Part shown: in pieces, positions 49,012 through 59,204 of the stretch
How positions within the stretch are numbered: position 1 is the stretch's first letter
How the letters are laid out: every line of letters starts with the position of its first letter
Assembly (NCBI GenBank): GCA_049510745.1
Contig: JBEKYR010000017.1
Location: forward strand, 1-64,000
Source of the DNA: Verrucomicrobiota bacterium
GTDB lineage: Bacteria > Verrucomicrobiota > Verrucomicrobiia > Limisphaerales > Palsa-1400
DNA: 64,000 nucleotides
Direction: 5' to 3'
Notes under the pieces: model-generated
The model's input: only the letters and a program-made list of their open reading frames with translations
Databases searched by the model: none
Told to the model about the DNA's origin: nothing
Translations under genes and position numbers: made by a program

Positions 49012-50603
49012 ACCTGATCCCCGAATTACAAACCGTGCTCGACGAATTGACGCAGCGTTTCGGCGCCCAAATCGAACGGGCGCCCTCCGCTCAATCCAAC
49101 GAGCTGTACCTGGACACGAAACTCGAACTGGCCGGCGCGCTCTGCTCGGCGTTCTACAAAAAATTCGACGGACGGCTCGCCGGCGTGTTCGCCGAGGACG
49201 CCCGGGCCGGGCACAACGTCTTTTTTGTTTACTACCTTTACGCGCTGGACGCCGCGCACGGTTTCGTCCTGGTGCGCGTGCCCGTTCCGCGGGAGAACCC
49301 GGAGTTGCCCTCGGTCACCAACGCCGTTCACGCGGCGGACTGGCAGGAGCGCGAAATCCAGGACATGTTCGGCATCAAACTCCTCGGCCACCCCAACCCG
49401 CGCCGCTGCGTGCTGCACGACGACTGGCCGGAGGTTTATCCGCTGCGCAAAGACTTCGACTTGCGCGCCCAGCTCCCGCCGTTCTCCGGCCCGCGCCACA
49501 AATTCCGCGAGGTCGAGGGCGAAGGCGTGTTCCTGGTGCCGGTCGGCCCCGTTCACGCGGGCATTATCGAGCCGGGCCACTTCCTGTTCAGCGTCGCGGG
49601 CGAGCCGGTGCTTTACCTGCAACTGCGCCTCTTTTACGTCCATAAAGGCACGGAGAAACTTTTCGAGAACCTGCCCATTGCTCATGGCGTGCGGCTGGCG
49701 GAGAGCATTTCCGGCGATGCCGCCTTCGCGCACGCGACGGCCTTCTGCCACGCCGTCGAGCGCGCCGCCGGAGTCCAGGCGCCACCGCGCGCCCGCGCCC
49801 TCCGCACGCTTTGCCTCGAGCTGGAGCGCCTCTACAATCACGTGGCCGACATCGGCGCGATTTGCACGGACGTGGCGTTCGTGACCGCGAACATGCACGC
49901 CATGCGGCTCAAAGAGCGGGTGCTGCGCTTGAACGAACAACTCACCGGCAACCGCCTTTTGCGCGGCATGGCCTGCCTGGGCGGCGTGCGGTTCGATTTC
50001 GACGCGGACCAACTCCGCGCGCTGGCAAGGCTGGTGGACCAGTTCGAGAAGGAGTTTAACGAACTGGTCGAGTTGATTCGCAACAACTCCGGCACGCGCG
50101 ACCGGCTGGAAACGACCGGCGTGCTCACGCCCGAAATCGCGCGCGACCTCGGCGTGGTCGGCATCGCGGGCCGCGCCTCCGGCTTCGACCACGATTTGCG
50201 CCGCGACTTCCCGCACGCCTTCTACGACCAGGTGCAATTCACCGTGCCGGTTTTCACCGAAGGCGACGTGCAACGCCGCATGGTCGTGCGCCGCGAAGAA
50301 CTCTTCCAATCCTTCGGCATCATCCGGCAAACGGTGGACAAACTGCCCGCCGGCCCCATCCGGGCGGACGTCGGCGAAGTGCCCCCCGGCCGCAGGGCGC
50401 TGGGTTACGTGGAAGGCTGGCGCGGCGAAATTTTTCACTGGATTCACACCGCGCCGGGCAACCGCCTGGCGCGATGCAAGGTCAAGGACCCGTCGCTGCA
50501 AAACTGGCCGGCCCTGACCGAGGCCATCCTGGGCAACATCATCCCGGATTTCCCGGTGGTGAACAAAAGCTTCAACCTGTCCTATTCGGGAACGGACCGC
50601 TGA
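49008..50603 (+). CDS. HyfG/HycE-like large subunit (NuoC+D fusion) without NiFe cysteines (EhrL-type)
   Basis: ERE..DMFGI...GHP, VPVGPVHAGIIEPGHF, HKGTEK; ESISGD where RxCxxC is expected; C-terminus DFPVVNKSFNLSYSGTDR where DPCxxC is expected. Confidence 0.9.
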   Translation: MNLIPELQTVLDELTQRFGAQIERAPSAQSNELYLDTKLELAGALCSAFYKKFDGRLAGVFAEDARAGHNVFFVYYLYALDAAHGFVLVRVPVPRENPELPSVTNAVHAADWQEREIQDMFGIKLLGHPNPRRCVLHDDWPEVYPLRKDFDLRAQLPPFSGPRHKFREVEGEGVFLVPVGPVHAGIIEPGHFLFSVAGEPVLYLQLRLFYVHKGTEKLFENLPIAHGVRLAESISGDAAFAHATAFCHAVERAAGVQAPPRARALRTLCLELERLYNHVADIGAICTDVAFVTANMHAMRLKERVLRLNEQLTGNRLLRGMACLGGVRFDFDADQLRALARLVDQFEKEFNELVELIRNNSGTRDRLETTGVLTPEIARDLGVVGIAGRASGFDHDLRRDFPHAFYDQVQFTVPVFTEGDVQRRMVVRREELFQSFGIIRQTVDKLPAGPIRADVGEVPPGRRALGYVEGWRGEIFHWIHTAPGNRLARCKVKDPSLQNWPALTEAILGNIIPDFPVVNKSFNLSYSGTDR

Positions 50604-50605
50604 TT

Positions 50606-51451
50606 ATGTTTGACATCCTTCGTCAAAGTTTGAAAACGGGCGTCGTCACCACCCGCTATCCGCAAACGGCCCCGGAAGTCTCCAGCCGCGCGCGCGGCCG
50701 GCCGGAAATCGATTGGGCCAACTGGCGGGACGCCCGGCCCGCCGCCGCCGCCTGCCCCACCGGCGCCCTCTCCTTTCAGGACGCCAACGGCCAGCGCGTC
50801 GCCCGGCTCGATTTGGCCAAATGCACCTTCTGCGGCCTGTGCGCCGACGCCGACCCCGCCATTCGCATGACCAACGTCTGCGAATGCGCCGCGCGCCGCC
50901 GCGATGATTTGACGGCCAGCGCCGCTTACAGCCTCAACCTCGACGGCACGCACAACCGGTTGGTTTCGCCGCCGGCGATGGCGCCGCCGCCGCGCGAATC
51001 ACTCGAAGCCATCGGCCGTCAAATCCAGGAGCGCGCCGCGGCGATGTTTGGCCGTTCCCTGCACATCCGCCAAGTCGATGCCGGCTCGTGCAACGGTTGC
51101 GAGATCGAAATCGCCGGGCTGAACAGCCCGATCTACGACATCGAACGTTTCGGCGTCCACTTCGTCGCCTCCCCGCGCCACGCGGACATGCTGTTGGTGA
51201 CCGGCCCCGTCACGCGCAACATGGAACTGGCCCTGCGCAAAACCCGCGACGCCATGCCCGAGCCGGGCCTGGTGGTGGCCGTCGGCGCGTGCGGTTGCAG
51301 CGGCGGCATCTTCGGCCAAAACTACGCGACCTGCGGCGGCGTGGACTCGGTCCTTCCGGTGGACGTTTACATCCCCGGCTGCCCGCCCAACCCCCACGCC
51401 CTGCTCCAGGGGATTTTGCTGGCGATGGGGCGGATGGAGGCGAAGAGGTAG
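50606..51451 (+). CDS. Ferredoxin-like domain fused to HyfI/NuoB-like small subunit (EhrS-type)
   Basis: ACPTGAL, CTFCGLC; then GSCNGCEIE, SPRHAD.LLVTG, GACGCSGG, IPGCPP. Confidence 0.88.
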   Translation: MFDILRQSLKTGVVTTRYPQTAPEVSSRARGRPEIDWANWRDARPAAAACPTGALSFQDANGQRVARLDLAKCTFCGLCADADPAIRMTNVCECAARRRDDLTASAAYSLNLDGTHNRLVSPPAMAPPPRESLEAIGRQIQERAAAMFGRSLHIRQVDAGSCNGCEIEIAGLNSPIYDIERFGVHFVASPRHADMLLVTGPVTRNMELALRKTRDAMPEPGLVVAVGACGCSGGIFGQNYATCGGVDSVLPVDVYIPGCPPNPHALLQGILLAMGRMEAKR

Positions 51452-51452
51452 G

Positions 51453-51872
51453 TTACAGAAGCCTTCCGGCGGCTCGTTCACACTCCAGGAACAGGCCGGG
51501 CTTGAGCACGACCAGGCCGTAAAACGGTTTATCCATCAATCCGCCGAAATCGCCCCGGTCGAGCGTGAGGAGAATGTCAGCCCAAGCCAGCGCGCTGAAA
51601 AGAATCGGCCGGTCTTTTCCGGCGGGGAATACCACTGGCAGCCCAAGCGTGAGCACGTCGTCCATTACCAGCAGGCCGGGCCGCAATCGCACCCAATTCG
51701 CGCTTGCGGATGGCGGGAAATCAGGGAGATTCCGCAGCACCTCTTCAATGGCATAGGGTGTCGTGACCAGCGTCCAACCGTTACCCGGTGCGCGCCGAAA
51801 GATTTCGCGCGAAGCTCCGGTCATCGACCCGCAGGCGGCCAAAAGGACACTGGTGTCGAGAAAGAGCCTCAC
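51453..51872 (-). CDS. PIN domain protein (VapC-like toxin)
   Basis: FLDTSVLLAA...EE..RN...KDRPIL..A....DILLTLD..DF. Confidence 0.85.
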   Translation of the reverse strand: MRLFLDTSVLLAACGSMTGASREIFRRAPGNGWTLVTTPYAIEEVLRNLPDFPPSASANWVRLRPGLLVMDDVLTLGLPVVFPAGKDRPILFSALAWADILLTLDRGDFGGLMDKPFYGLVVLKPGLFLECERAAGRLL

Positions 51873-52069
51873 TTGCCTTGCTCAAAGCGGCGCATGTCGG
51901 CTTCATCTTCCGCGATCCAACCCGCCATCTGGTCGCGGGAAAATTTTCGCGGTTCAGGCATTTGGAGTCCTTGCCCGCGCATCCGGGTGGCGAGAAACAA
52001 CATCAGTTCCTGTTTCTCTTCCGGGGCCAGCGCTTCCGCCGCCGCCTCAATTTCATCCAGTTTGCTCAT
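51869..52069 (-). CDS. Putative antitoxin
   Basis: 66-aa acidic protein upstream of, and overlapping by 4 nt, the PIN gene. Confidence 0.7.
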   Translation of the reverse strand: MSKLDEIEAAAEALAPEEKQELMLFLATRMRGQGLQMPEPRKFSRDQMAGWIAEDEADMRRFEQGK

Positions 52070-52500
52070 GCCGGTAAACTATCATACCCGAAGCCACGTC
52101 ACAACAATCCAATTGATTTCCTGGGGGGGTTCCCCGCTGCGCGTTTCTGTGTCGCCTGTCCCTCCGGCTTGTCCCGCCATAGCGCCCAGCGCGACGGCGG
52201 AAGCCTTATCTTGGCGAAGGCGGATCATCCGGCTTGCTGAAAAACACTGCGCAGCGAATCGGCGCCCAGAAAAGACACGCGAGACAGGATAACAGGATAC
52301 GCAGGATGAGTTTTTAGCCTTGAGCCTTCAGCCTTTTCTTCAAAAGTGCCTGATCGTGTCGTCATTGTCGCCAGGATTGCGCCCCGGCTGCCCTCGCAAC
52401 GCTGGCGACAATGCCGTCACCACCAGAGAGTTGAAGCCAGCCACGGAAGACCGGATTGGGGATGTTAATTTTGCTTTCCGCTGTCGCGGAGCAGGCAAAA

Positions 52501-53439
52501 TTAGACGGCGTTTTCTTGCAGCGCAGATCGAGCCTTCTCGAAGACGTCACGCATGGAGTCGTTTCCCGAAAAGGCAATGCAGATCGGAGCGAAGCGTCGG
52601 ATGGTTTCGCCAATGGCAGTTGCGGTCCACTGGTGTGCGCCTGTTATCGACCACAGCGCGGCAAGTTCAGAGGCGAGAAGGTCGCAATCAAGTCGCATGC
52701 CCGACGGTGACTTGTTCTGAAGAAGCAGGTTTAGGAGAGGATAATTCGGGGCCGACTTCGCAACTGCAGAATCGAGCGGCTTTCGGCGCACGTTGTGCCA
52801 CGAGTGCAGAGTTCCGTCGCTGTGGTCTTGCCCTGCGATGACGGCGTGAAGAACGCGAACGGTTCGCCGAAGTCCGTCCTTCGCTTCGCGGCTGAACAGG
52901 ATGTTGCCCTTGAAGTCAAAACTCTCCGTGTTCGCAGCAGGTGGTCCGTTTGTGATGTTCAGTCGGTTTGGCTGGTCCAGCAGCGCGTGCAACTCAAGAT
53001 AGTCAGCGGCGGATCGAAGCGCCCCAGCCGTGCGAACCTCAACACGAGTGGCGCGACTCAGCGCGGTCTGTAGTGCCATGAACTCGTTGAGTCGTGGGTC
53101 GGTCGTTGCCTGACACTGCTTCACCATCCCCTCGAGGTACTCCAAAAATCGATTTAGGATCGCATCCGACGACTCCGGAAGATACTTGCGGCATGAGGCC
53201 CGTGCCGTGATGTCCTGCGCTTCGAGTTCAACGAGCGTGATAGTGAATATCGAGGCATCGTCGAGACTCTCAACTTCGACGATATCGGGAATCCACCCTG
53301 GTCCGACGAGCATCGCAGTGCCGGAGTACGCAACGACATCACCCAAGCAACACCGCTTGCCGAAGAACTCGTCATTCTCCTTCGAGCCGTCAAGGCGGAA
53401 TACAAAGTGGTGCTTCACGGAGCTTTTGCGAGAGTCCAT
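52501..53439 (-). CDS. Hypothetical protein (312 aa, cassette-like)
   Basis: Long ORF in a lower-GC patch; no family recognised. Confidence 0.65.
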   Translation of the reverse strand: MDSRKSSVKHHFVFRLDGSKENDEFFGKRCCLGDVVAYSGTAMLVGPGWIPDIVEVESLDDASIFTITLVELEAQDITARASCRKYLPESSDAILNRFLEYLEGMVKQCQATTDPRLNEFMALQTALSRATRVEVRTAGALRSAADYLELHALLDQPNRLNITNGPPAANTESFDFKGNILFSREAKDGLRRTVRVLHAVIAGQDHSDGTLHSWHNVRRKPLDSAVAKSAPNYPLLNLLLQNKSPSGMRLDCDLLASELAALWSITGAHQWTATAIGETIRRFAPICIAFSGNDSMRDVFEKARSALQENAV

Positions 53440-53519
53440 CTAATGTTGAAAGCCGAGCCAACACCGATGCGTGATGCGACTGCGGCAGCGGCAGCGGAAC
53501 ACCGCGTCCAGATATGCTA

Positions 53520-53683
53520 ACCGAGTTTACGTCGCCGCCACAGATCATCGCCATTCCTTTGCGGTAATACTCCGCGCGCTGTTCGGGAGAAAGGCCATTG
53601 GCCTTTTTCCTCACTTCGGCGGCCAGTTTGCTCCCGCGTGTCTGATCGGGGTAATCCAGGAGCTTTCGCGACTTCGTTTTCAT
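53520..53683 (-). pseudogene. Small hypothetical gene, 3' end probably disrupted (end coordinate approximate)
   Basis: MKTKSRKLLDYPDQTRGSKLAAEVRKKANGLSPEQRAEYYRKGMAMICGG is protein-like, then the frame runs into the attC-like remnant. Confidence 0.35.
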
Positions 53684-53996
53684 AACCTCAAACATGATAT
53701 GAGGCCGCGAATGGCAAAGTCAAACGGTGTTGCAAGCAATCACAAGGAGGCAATTGCATGGCTACGGGCCGGCCGGCAAGTGATTCTACTGTCGCCGTAA
53801 AAGGCTCGGTTGATGGCATCGTCCTGTTTGTTTGTCCTTTTCTGACGAGCGCTGCAGCGGGCAAACCGGGTCCTCTCATGGATTGTCAAAGTTGCATGCT
53901 GCCGTGAGCATGGCCAATTCCGTGAACAGGCTTCAATCCTCAATTGCTCCCCCGGTACGCAGGTTTTGAACATTTCCTCGGGCGCAAATCCACTTT

Positions 53997-54088
53997 TGTC
54001 ACGGGTCGCATGACGCTTTGTGACGGCTTTTGTGACGGGTTGAACTTTTGTAAGTCATTCTCCATCAGCGAGTGTGACGGTGTGACGG
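53997..54088. repeat. Clustered TGTGACGG octamer repeats
   Basis: Exact copies at 54019, 54031, 54073 and 54081; variant TGTCACGG at 53997. Confidence 0.8.
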
Positions 54089-54139
54089 CTCAAAAGGGGG
54101 GAAAGGCATGGGATGGGTGCCAATATGGAAAACCGGGTC

Positions 54140-54205
54140 AACCGCGAAATACTCGAAATATGCGAAAGGTCCATTCCGTTCGTGTATTTCGCGTATTTCG
54201 TGGTT
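54140..54205. repeat. REP-like palindrome of nonamer repeats
   Basis: AACCGCGAAATACTCGAAATATGCGAAA ... TTCGTGTATTTCGCGTATTTCGTGGTT. Confidence 0.8.
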
Positions 54206-54304
54206 TAAAAAAAATCCTTGGGCGAGGATTTGAAGGCGCATTGTTGCCTTGTCATTTCCCCTTCCGTTCCTCATTTTTATCCCGCACGACACCGAGCACT
54301 GAAA

Positions 54305-55684
54305 ATGAATCGACCTAAAAGAATCTTCGGCACCGACGGCGTCCGCGGCACGGCCAATATCGAGCCGGTCACGGCCGAAACCGCCCTCAAGCTCGGCCAG
54401 GCCGCCGCGCACGTTTTTAAAAACCTCGAATCCGAATCCCGCGGCCACGGCAAACACAAGATCGTCATCGGCAAAGACACCCGCCTCTCCGGTTACATGC
54501 TCGAAAACGCCCTCTCTTCCGGCGTCTTGTCCATGGGCGTCGATGTCCTCTTTATCGGGCCGTTGCCGACGCCGGGCGTGGCCTACGTCACCCGGAGTTT
54601 GCGGGCCGACGCCGGCATTGTCATCACCGCGTCGCACAATCCGTATGACGACAACGGCATCAAATTCTTCCACGCCGACGGCTACAAGCTCGATGACGTC
54701 ATCGAAGCGCGCATCGAGCGGTTGGTCTTCAGCGGCGAGATCGAGAAGATTCGCCCGACGGCCAGCCAGATCGGCAAGGCGGTGCGCATTGACGATGCCT
54801 TGGGCCGTTACATCGAGTTTGTCAAAAGCTCCTTCCCGCGCCATCTGACGCTCGACGGGCTGCGGGTGGTGGTCGATTGCGCGCATGGCGCCGCCTACAA
54901 ATCCACTCCCTGCGTCTTGCGCGAATTGGGCGCGCAAGTCACCGTCTTTGGCAACCAACCCGACGGCTGCAACATCAACCTGGACTGCGGCTCGATGCAC
55001 CCCGAACACCTCTGCCGCCTGGTGCGCGAGCACAACGCCCACGTCGGCCTGGCCCACGACGGCGACGCCGACCGCGTTTTGCTCTGCGACGAAAAGGGCG
55101 TCCTGATCGACGGCGACGACATCATGGTGATCGTCGGCCTGGAAAAACTGGCCGAAGGCACTCTGGCCAAAAAAACCCTTGCCGCAACCGTGATGAGCAA
55201 CGCCGGGTTGGACGTCGCCATCGAAGCCGCCGGCGGCAAAACCGTCCGCACCGCCGTCGGCGACCAAAATGTCCTGGCCGCCATGTTGAAGATGGGCCTC
55301 AATTTCGGCGGCGAACAAAGCGGGCACATTATCGTCCGCGATTTCAGCACGACGGGCGACGGCTTGATCGCCGCCCTGCAAATTCTGCGCGTGATGAAAA
55401 CGCGCGACAAGCCATTGTCCGAGCTGGCCCGATGCTGGACACGATTTCCGCAACTGCTGACCAACATCGTCGTGCGCGAAAAGAAGCCGCTGGAAAAGCT
55501 GGAGACCGCCGGACGCCTCGTGTCGCAGGCCGAAGCGGCGCTCAAGCCCGCCGGCGGCCGCGTTTTGCTGCGTTACTCCGGGACCGAACCCAAGGTGCGG
55601 CTGCTGCTGGAAGGCCCCGATGCGGGCACCCTCAAAGAGTGGAGCCAAAAAATATCCCGCGCCCTGAAAGAGGAGTTGGGATAA
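54305..55684 (+). CDS. glmM: Phosphoglucosamine mutase
   Basis: FGTDGVRG, GKDTRLSGYMLE, TASHNP, DGDADR, GGEQSGH, RYSGTEP. Confidence 0.96.
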   Translation: MNRPKRIFGTDGVRGTANIEPVTAETALKLGQAAAHVFKNLESESRGHGKHKIVIGKDTRLSGYMLENALSSGVLSMGVDVLFIGPLPTPGVAYVTRSLRADAGIVITASHNPYDDNGIKFFHADGYKLDDVIEARIERLVFSGEIEKIRPTASQIGKAVRIDDALGRYIEFVKSSFPRHLTLDGLRVVVDCAHGAAYKSTPCVLRELGAQVTVFGNQPDGCNINLDCGSMHPEHLCRLVREHNAHVGLAHDGDADRVLLCDEKGVLIDGDDIMVIVGLEKLAEGTLAKKTLAATVMSNAGLDVAIEAAGGKTVRTAVGDQNVLAAMLKMGLNFGGEQSGHIIVRDFSTTGDGLIAALQILRVMKTRDKPLSELARCWTRFPQLLTNIVVREKKPLEKLETAGRLVSQAEAALKPAGGRVLLRYSGTEPKVRLLLEGPDAGTLKEWSQKISRALKEELG

Positions 55685-56260
55685 TTTGGAGCTGGCTTGC
55701 CCTGCCTTTCCGAGCCAAGTTGGGCGCGGCTTTTGCCGAGCCAGCCTGTTTTCTGTAAGACACCAGCTCCTCAGAAACAGCCTCCTGCCGTAAAGCGTCG
55801 GATTCGTTTACATTTTGGCTGTTTGTAAGGTTTTCCCTCGTAAAACGCCCACTTTCCCGCCTAAACCGTGTCGGATTAACTTACAGATCAAGGCTTACGG
55901 ACAAAGTGATGGTTATTATGCAAAGCATTTAGTATCAAAGGCTTGTAACATGCGCCGCCCATCGCCGCAATATGGCCCGCGTGATGCTCTGAAATGCGGT
56001 AACTACGGTCCTTTGAAAGGCAACTTGAGCAGTTTCGTCTGGCTTTGGGATCGCACCGCTTCCCCCAGCGGCGCGAGCTTCGCGGTGTTTGTGAACACGC
56101 TGCGCGCACCTTGGCATTTATAGCAAGTTTCGTCGCGTCTGGTGGCTATGCGCTTTCCCCGCGCATAGCCACTCTTCTTTCCGGCCCCCGCCACTTTCGG
56201 TGACACCCGTTTCCATTCGCGCTTCTCAACGGCGGCGGCGGGGCGTAACCTCTCCTTCCT

Positions 56261-58819
56261 GTGGCTTTGACGCTGTATGACTTGATTCCGCGGGAAGAGC
56301 GCCCCGGCAACGACGTTCTGCTGGGGCGCTTCCTTGAGTACGCCCAGGGACGGGGGCTTGAGCTTTATCCGGCGCAGGAAAATGCCGTGCTCGAGCTGTT
56401 TGAGGAGAAAAACGTCATTTTGAACACGCCCACAGGCTCGGGCAAATCGCTGGTCGCGGCGGCCGTGCAATTCAAGGCTTTGGCCCAAGGCAAGCGCTCC
56501 GTTTACACCTGCCCGATCAAGGCTCTGGTCAACGAAAAATGGATGGCCCTGTGCCGCGAGTTTGGAGCGGACAACGTCGGCCTGAGCACCGGCGACGCTT
56601 CCGTGAACCGCGACGCGCCCATTCTTTGCTGCACCGCTGAAATCCTGGCGAATATCGCCCTTCGTGAAGGAGCGAAGGCTGCCTTCCAGGAAGTCATCAT
56701 GGACGAATTTCACTACTACGCCGACCGGGAGAGGGGCGTCGCCTGGCAGGTGCCAATCCTGACCCTGCCGCAGGCGAGATTCCTGTTGATGTCGGCGACT
56801 CTCGGCGAGACGGCCTTTTTCGAGGATGAACTCACAAAACGGAATGGGCGGCCCACCGTTACGATTCAGTCCAGTGACCGGCCTGTCCCACTCGAATTCG
56901 CGTATTCGGAGATTACACTCGCCCAAACGCTGGAACGGCTCGCCGGCGAAGGCAAAAGCCCCGTCTATGTCGTTCACTTCACGCAACTGGAAGCCGCGCA
57001 AAGCGCGCAGGATTTTACGAGCATCAATGTTTGCACGCGGGAGGAAAAAAATGCCATCAGCGCCGTGCTCGAGGGGTTCAAATTCAGCAGTCCGTATGGC
57101 CCTGATATCCGCCGGTGGCTCAAGCACGGGATCGGGTTGCACCACGCGGGCCTTTTGCCGAAATACCGTGTCTTGGTGGAGCAACTGACTCAAAAAGGCC
57201 TCCTCAAAGTTGTTTGCGGCACGGACACACTGGGGGCCGGGATTAACATGCCCATCCGCACCGCGCTTTTCACCCGGCTCTGCAAATTCGACGGCCAGAA
57301 GACCGTGATTTTGAGCGCGCGCGATTTTCACCAGATCTCCGGCCGCGCCGGCCGGAAGGGATTCGATGATCGCGGATGGGTCGTGGCGCAGGCGCCCGAG
57401 CACGTGATCGAGAACATCAAGCTGGACGAAAAGACGGCCAAAGCCGGCAAGAAGTCGGTCAAGCGCAAGCCCCCGGAGAGGAACTTCGTCAATTGGGACA
57501 AGCAAACTTTCCTTCGCCTCATTCACGCGCAGCCGGAGAGGTTGACCTCCCGGTTCCAGGTGACCCACGGGATGCTGCTTAACGTCCTGAGCCGGAAAGG
57601 CGACGGCTGCCGGGCGATGCAAAGGTTGATTCGCGACTGCCACGAAACGCCCAAGGCCAAGAAGGAGCACGCCAAGCGGGCCTGGCAACTGTTCCACTCG
57701 CTCGTGGAGCGGAAGATTATCGAGTTCATCCCAAGGACCGAGGAGGGGGCCTACCTGCGCGTGAACGTGGATTTGCAGGATGATTTTTCGATGGACCAGG
57801 CGCTTTCGCTCTATTTGCTTGACACGATTCCGCTGCTGGACCCCCAGGCGCCCGATTTCCCCCTCGTCCTGCTCACCCTGGTGGAATCCATTCTCGAAGA
57901 CCCGGACCTCATCTTGCGCAAGCAGCTCGACAAGCTCAAAAACCAGAAAGTGGCCGAGATGAAGATGGCCGGCGTCGAATACGATGAGCGGATGGAGGAG
58001 CTTGAAAAACTCGAGTACCCGAAGCCCAACCGCGAGTTCATCTACTCCACGTTCAACGCGTTCGCCGACAAGCATCCCTGGGTCGGCCAGGAAAACATCC
58101 GCCCCAAATCCATCGCCCGGGAGATGTTCGAGAACTTCCGCTCCTTTTCCGATTACATACGGGACTACGAATTGCAGCGCGCCGAGGGAGTCCTGCTTCG
58201 GCATCTGAACAGCGTTTACAAGGTTCTCTCCCAAACCGTCCCCGATGCGGTGAAAAACGATGCGGTTCAGGAGCTGGAGCTATACCTCCGCGCCATGATC
58301 AGTCAGGTGGACTCCAGCCTGCTGGACGAATGGGAGAAAATGCGCGACCCGAATTACCAACGCGCCGAAACCAAAGAAGTGCGGCCGCCCGGCGCCGAGA
58401 AAGCGGAAAAGGACATCACGCAGGACGCCAAGGCGTTCACGGCGGCCATCCGCAACCGCATCTTCAGTTTCCTGCGCGGGCTGGTGAACCAGGATTTCGA
58501 GCAGGCCCTCACGCACCTCGATTCCCCGCAAGACCCCGACGGGCAGCCTTGGACGGCCGACCGGCTGGCGCAGGTCCTCGATTCCTATTACGCCGAGCAT
58601 GAGCGCATTTGCCTGGACCCGAACGCCCGCAACGCGCGCCACACCTACGTGCTGCCGGCCGAAGACAAACGGACTTGGCGGATCCAGCAGATGTTGGTGG
58701 ACCCGGCGGAGCACAACGACTGGGTGGCGGAGTTCGAGGTGGACTCGGCGCAGTCGCGAGCGGCGAACGCGCCCGTACTGCGCCTGCGAAAAATCGGCAG
58801 TCTGCAACGCCTGACATGA
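56261..58819 (+). CDS. Ski2-like DEAD/DEAH helicase with DUF3516-type C-terminus
   Basis: [44 protein letters not shown]. Confidence 0.92.
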   Translation: MALTLYDLIPREERPGNDVLLGRFLEYAQGRGLELYPAQENAVLELFEEKNVILNTPTGSGKSLVAAAVQFKALAQGKRSVYTCPIKALVNEKWMALCREFGADNVGLSTGDASVNRDAPILCCTAEILANIALREGAKAAFQEVIMDEFHYYADRERGVAWQVPILTLPQARFLLMSATLGETAFFEDELTKRNGRPTVTIQSSDRPVPLEFAYSEITLAQTLERLAGEGKSPVYVVHFTQLEAAQSAQDFTSINVCTREEKNAISAVLEGFKFSSPYGPDIRRWLKHGIGLHHAGLLPKYRVLVEQLTQKGLLKVVCGTDTLGAGINMPIRTALFTRLCKFDGQKTVILSARDFHQISGRAGRKGFDDRGWVVAQAPEHVIENIKLDEKTAKAGKKSVKRKPPERNFVNWDKQTFLRLIHAQPERLTSRFQVTHGMLLNVLSRKGDGCRAMQRLIRDCHETPKAKKEHAKRAWQLFHSLVERKIIEFIPRTEEGAYLRVNVDLQDDFSMDQALSLYLLDTIPLLDPQAPDFPLVLLTLVESILEDPDLILRKQLDKLKNQKVAEMKMAGVEYDERMEELEKLEYPKPNREFIYSTFNAFADKHPWVGQENIRPKSIAREMFENFRSFSDYIRDYELQRAEGVLLRHLNSVYKVLSQTVPDAVKNDAVQELELYLRAMISQVDSSLLDEWEKMRDPNYQRAETKEVRPPGAEKAEKDITQDAKAFTAAIRNRIFSFLRGLVNQDFEQALTHLDSPQDPDGQPWTADRLAQVLDSYYAEHERICLDPNARNARHTYVLPAEDKRTWRIQQMLVDPAEHNDWVAEFEVDSAQSRAANAPVLRLRKIGSLQRLT

Positions 58820-58967
58820 AAGGCAAAACAATTCTTGACAGTATTAACGGGATGAGGAGATTTGCTTCCATGTGCTATGATTGACTGCGAAAATGGCAAA
58901 CAGCAACAAATGGCACCATCAAATCTCCGCGACTATGTGGTGGAGACTTGGCATGGCGAAGTGGTCT

Positions 58968-59204
58968 CTAAAGTTCGTCACCTGGCATTGGCGGGACATT
59001 CGGGACCTTGGCCATTGCCGCCTGGAAATTCTGGCGGCTGCCGCGCTGCGCGTGCCGCTCAAGTTCCCTGAAATCCTCGAAGGCGCGGGCAAATTCTTCG
59101 AGCTTCCGCAACGCGAACGCATTGACCGATTGATGGTCGTGTGACGCCAGGTTTTCCAGTTTCGCGTAAACGTCATCCGGCATGTTCAGTTCAATTGCTT
59201 TCAT
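58968..59204 (-). CDS. Putative ribbon-helix-helix antitoxin
   Basis: MKAIELNMPDDVYAKLENLA...SVNAF; 4-nt overlap with the PIN gene. Confidence 0.75.
   Translation of the reverse strand: MKAIELNMPDDVYAKLENLASHDHQSVNAFALRKLEEFARAFEDFRELERHAQRGSRQNFQAAMAKVPNVPPMPGDEL

Noticed and set aside
42396..51451. Functional group 4 [NiFe]-hydrogenase or formate hydrogenlyase
   Set aside because: The large subunit lacks both CxxC NiFe motifs; no fdh or hyp genes are in the window.
55899..55926. dif-like site (TTATGCAAAGC as XerD arm)
   Set aside because: The XerC arm match is poor; not supportable without GC-skew data.
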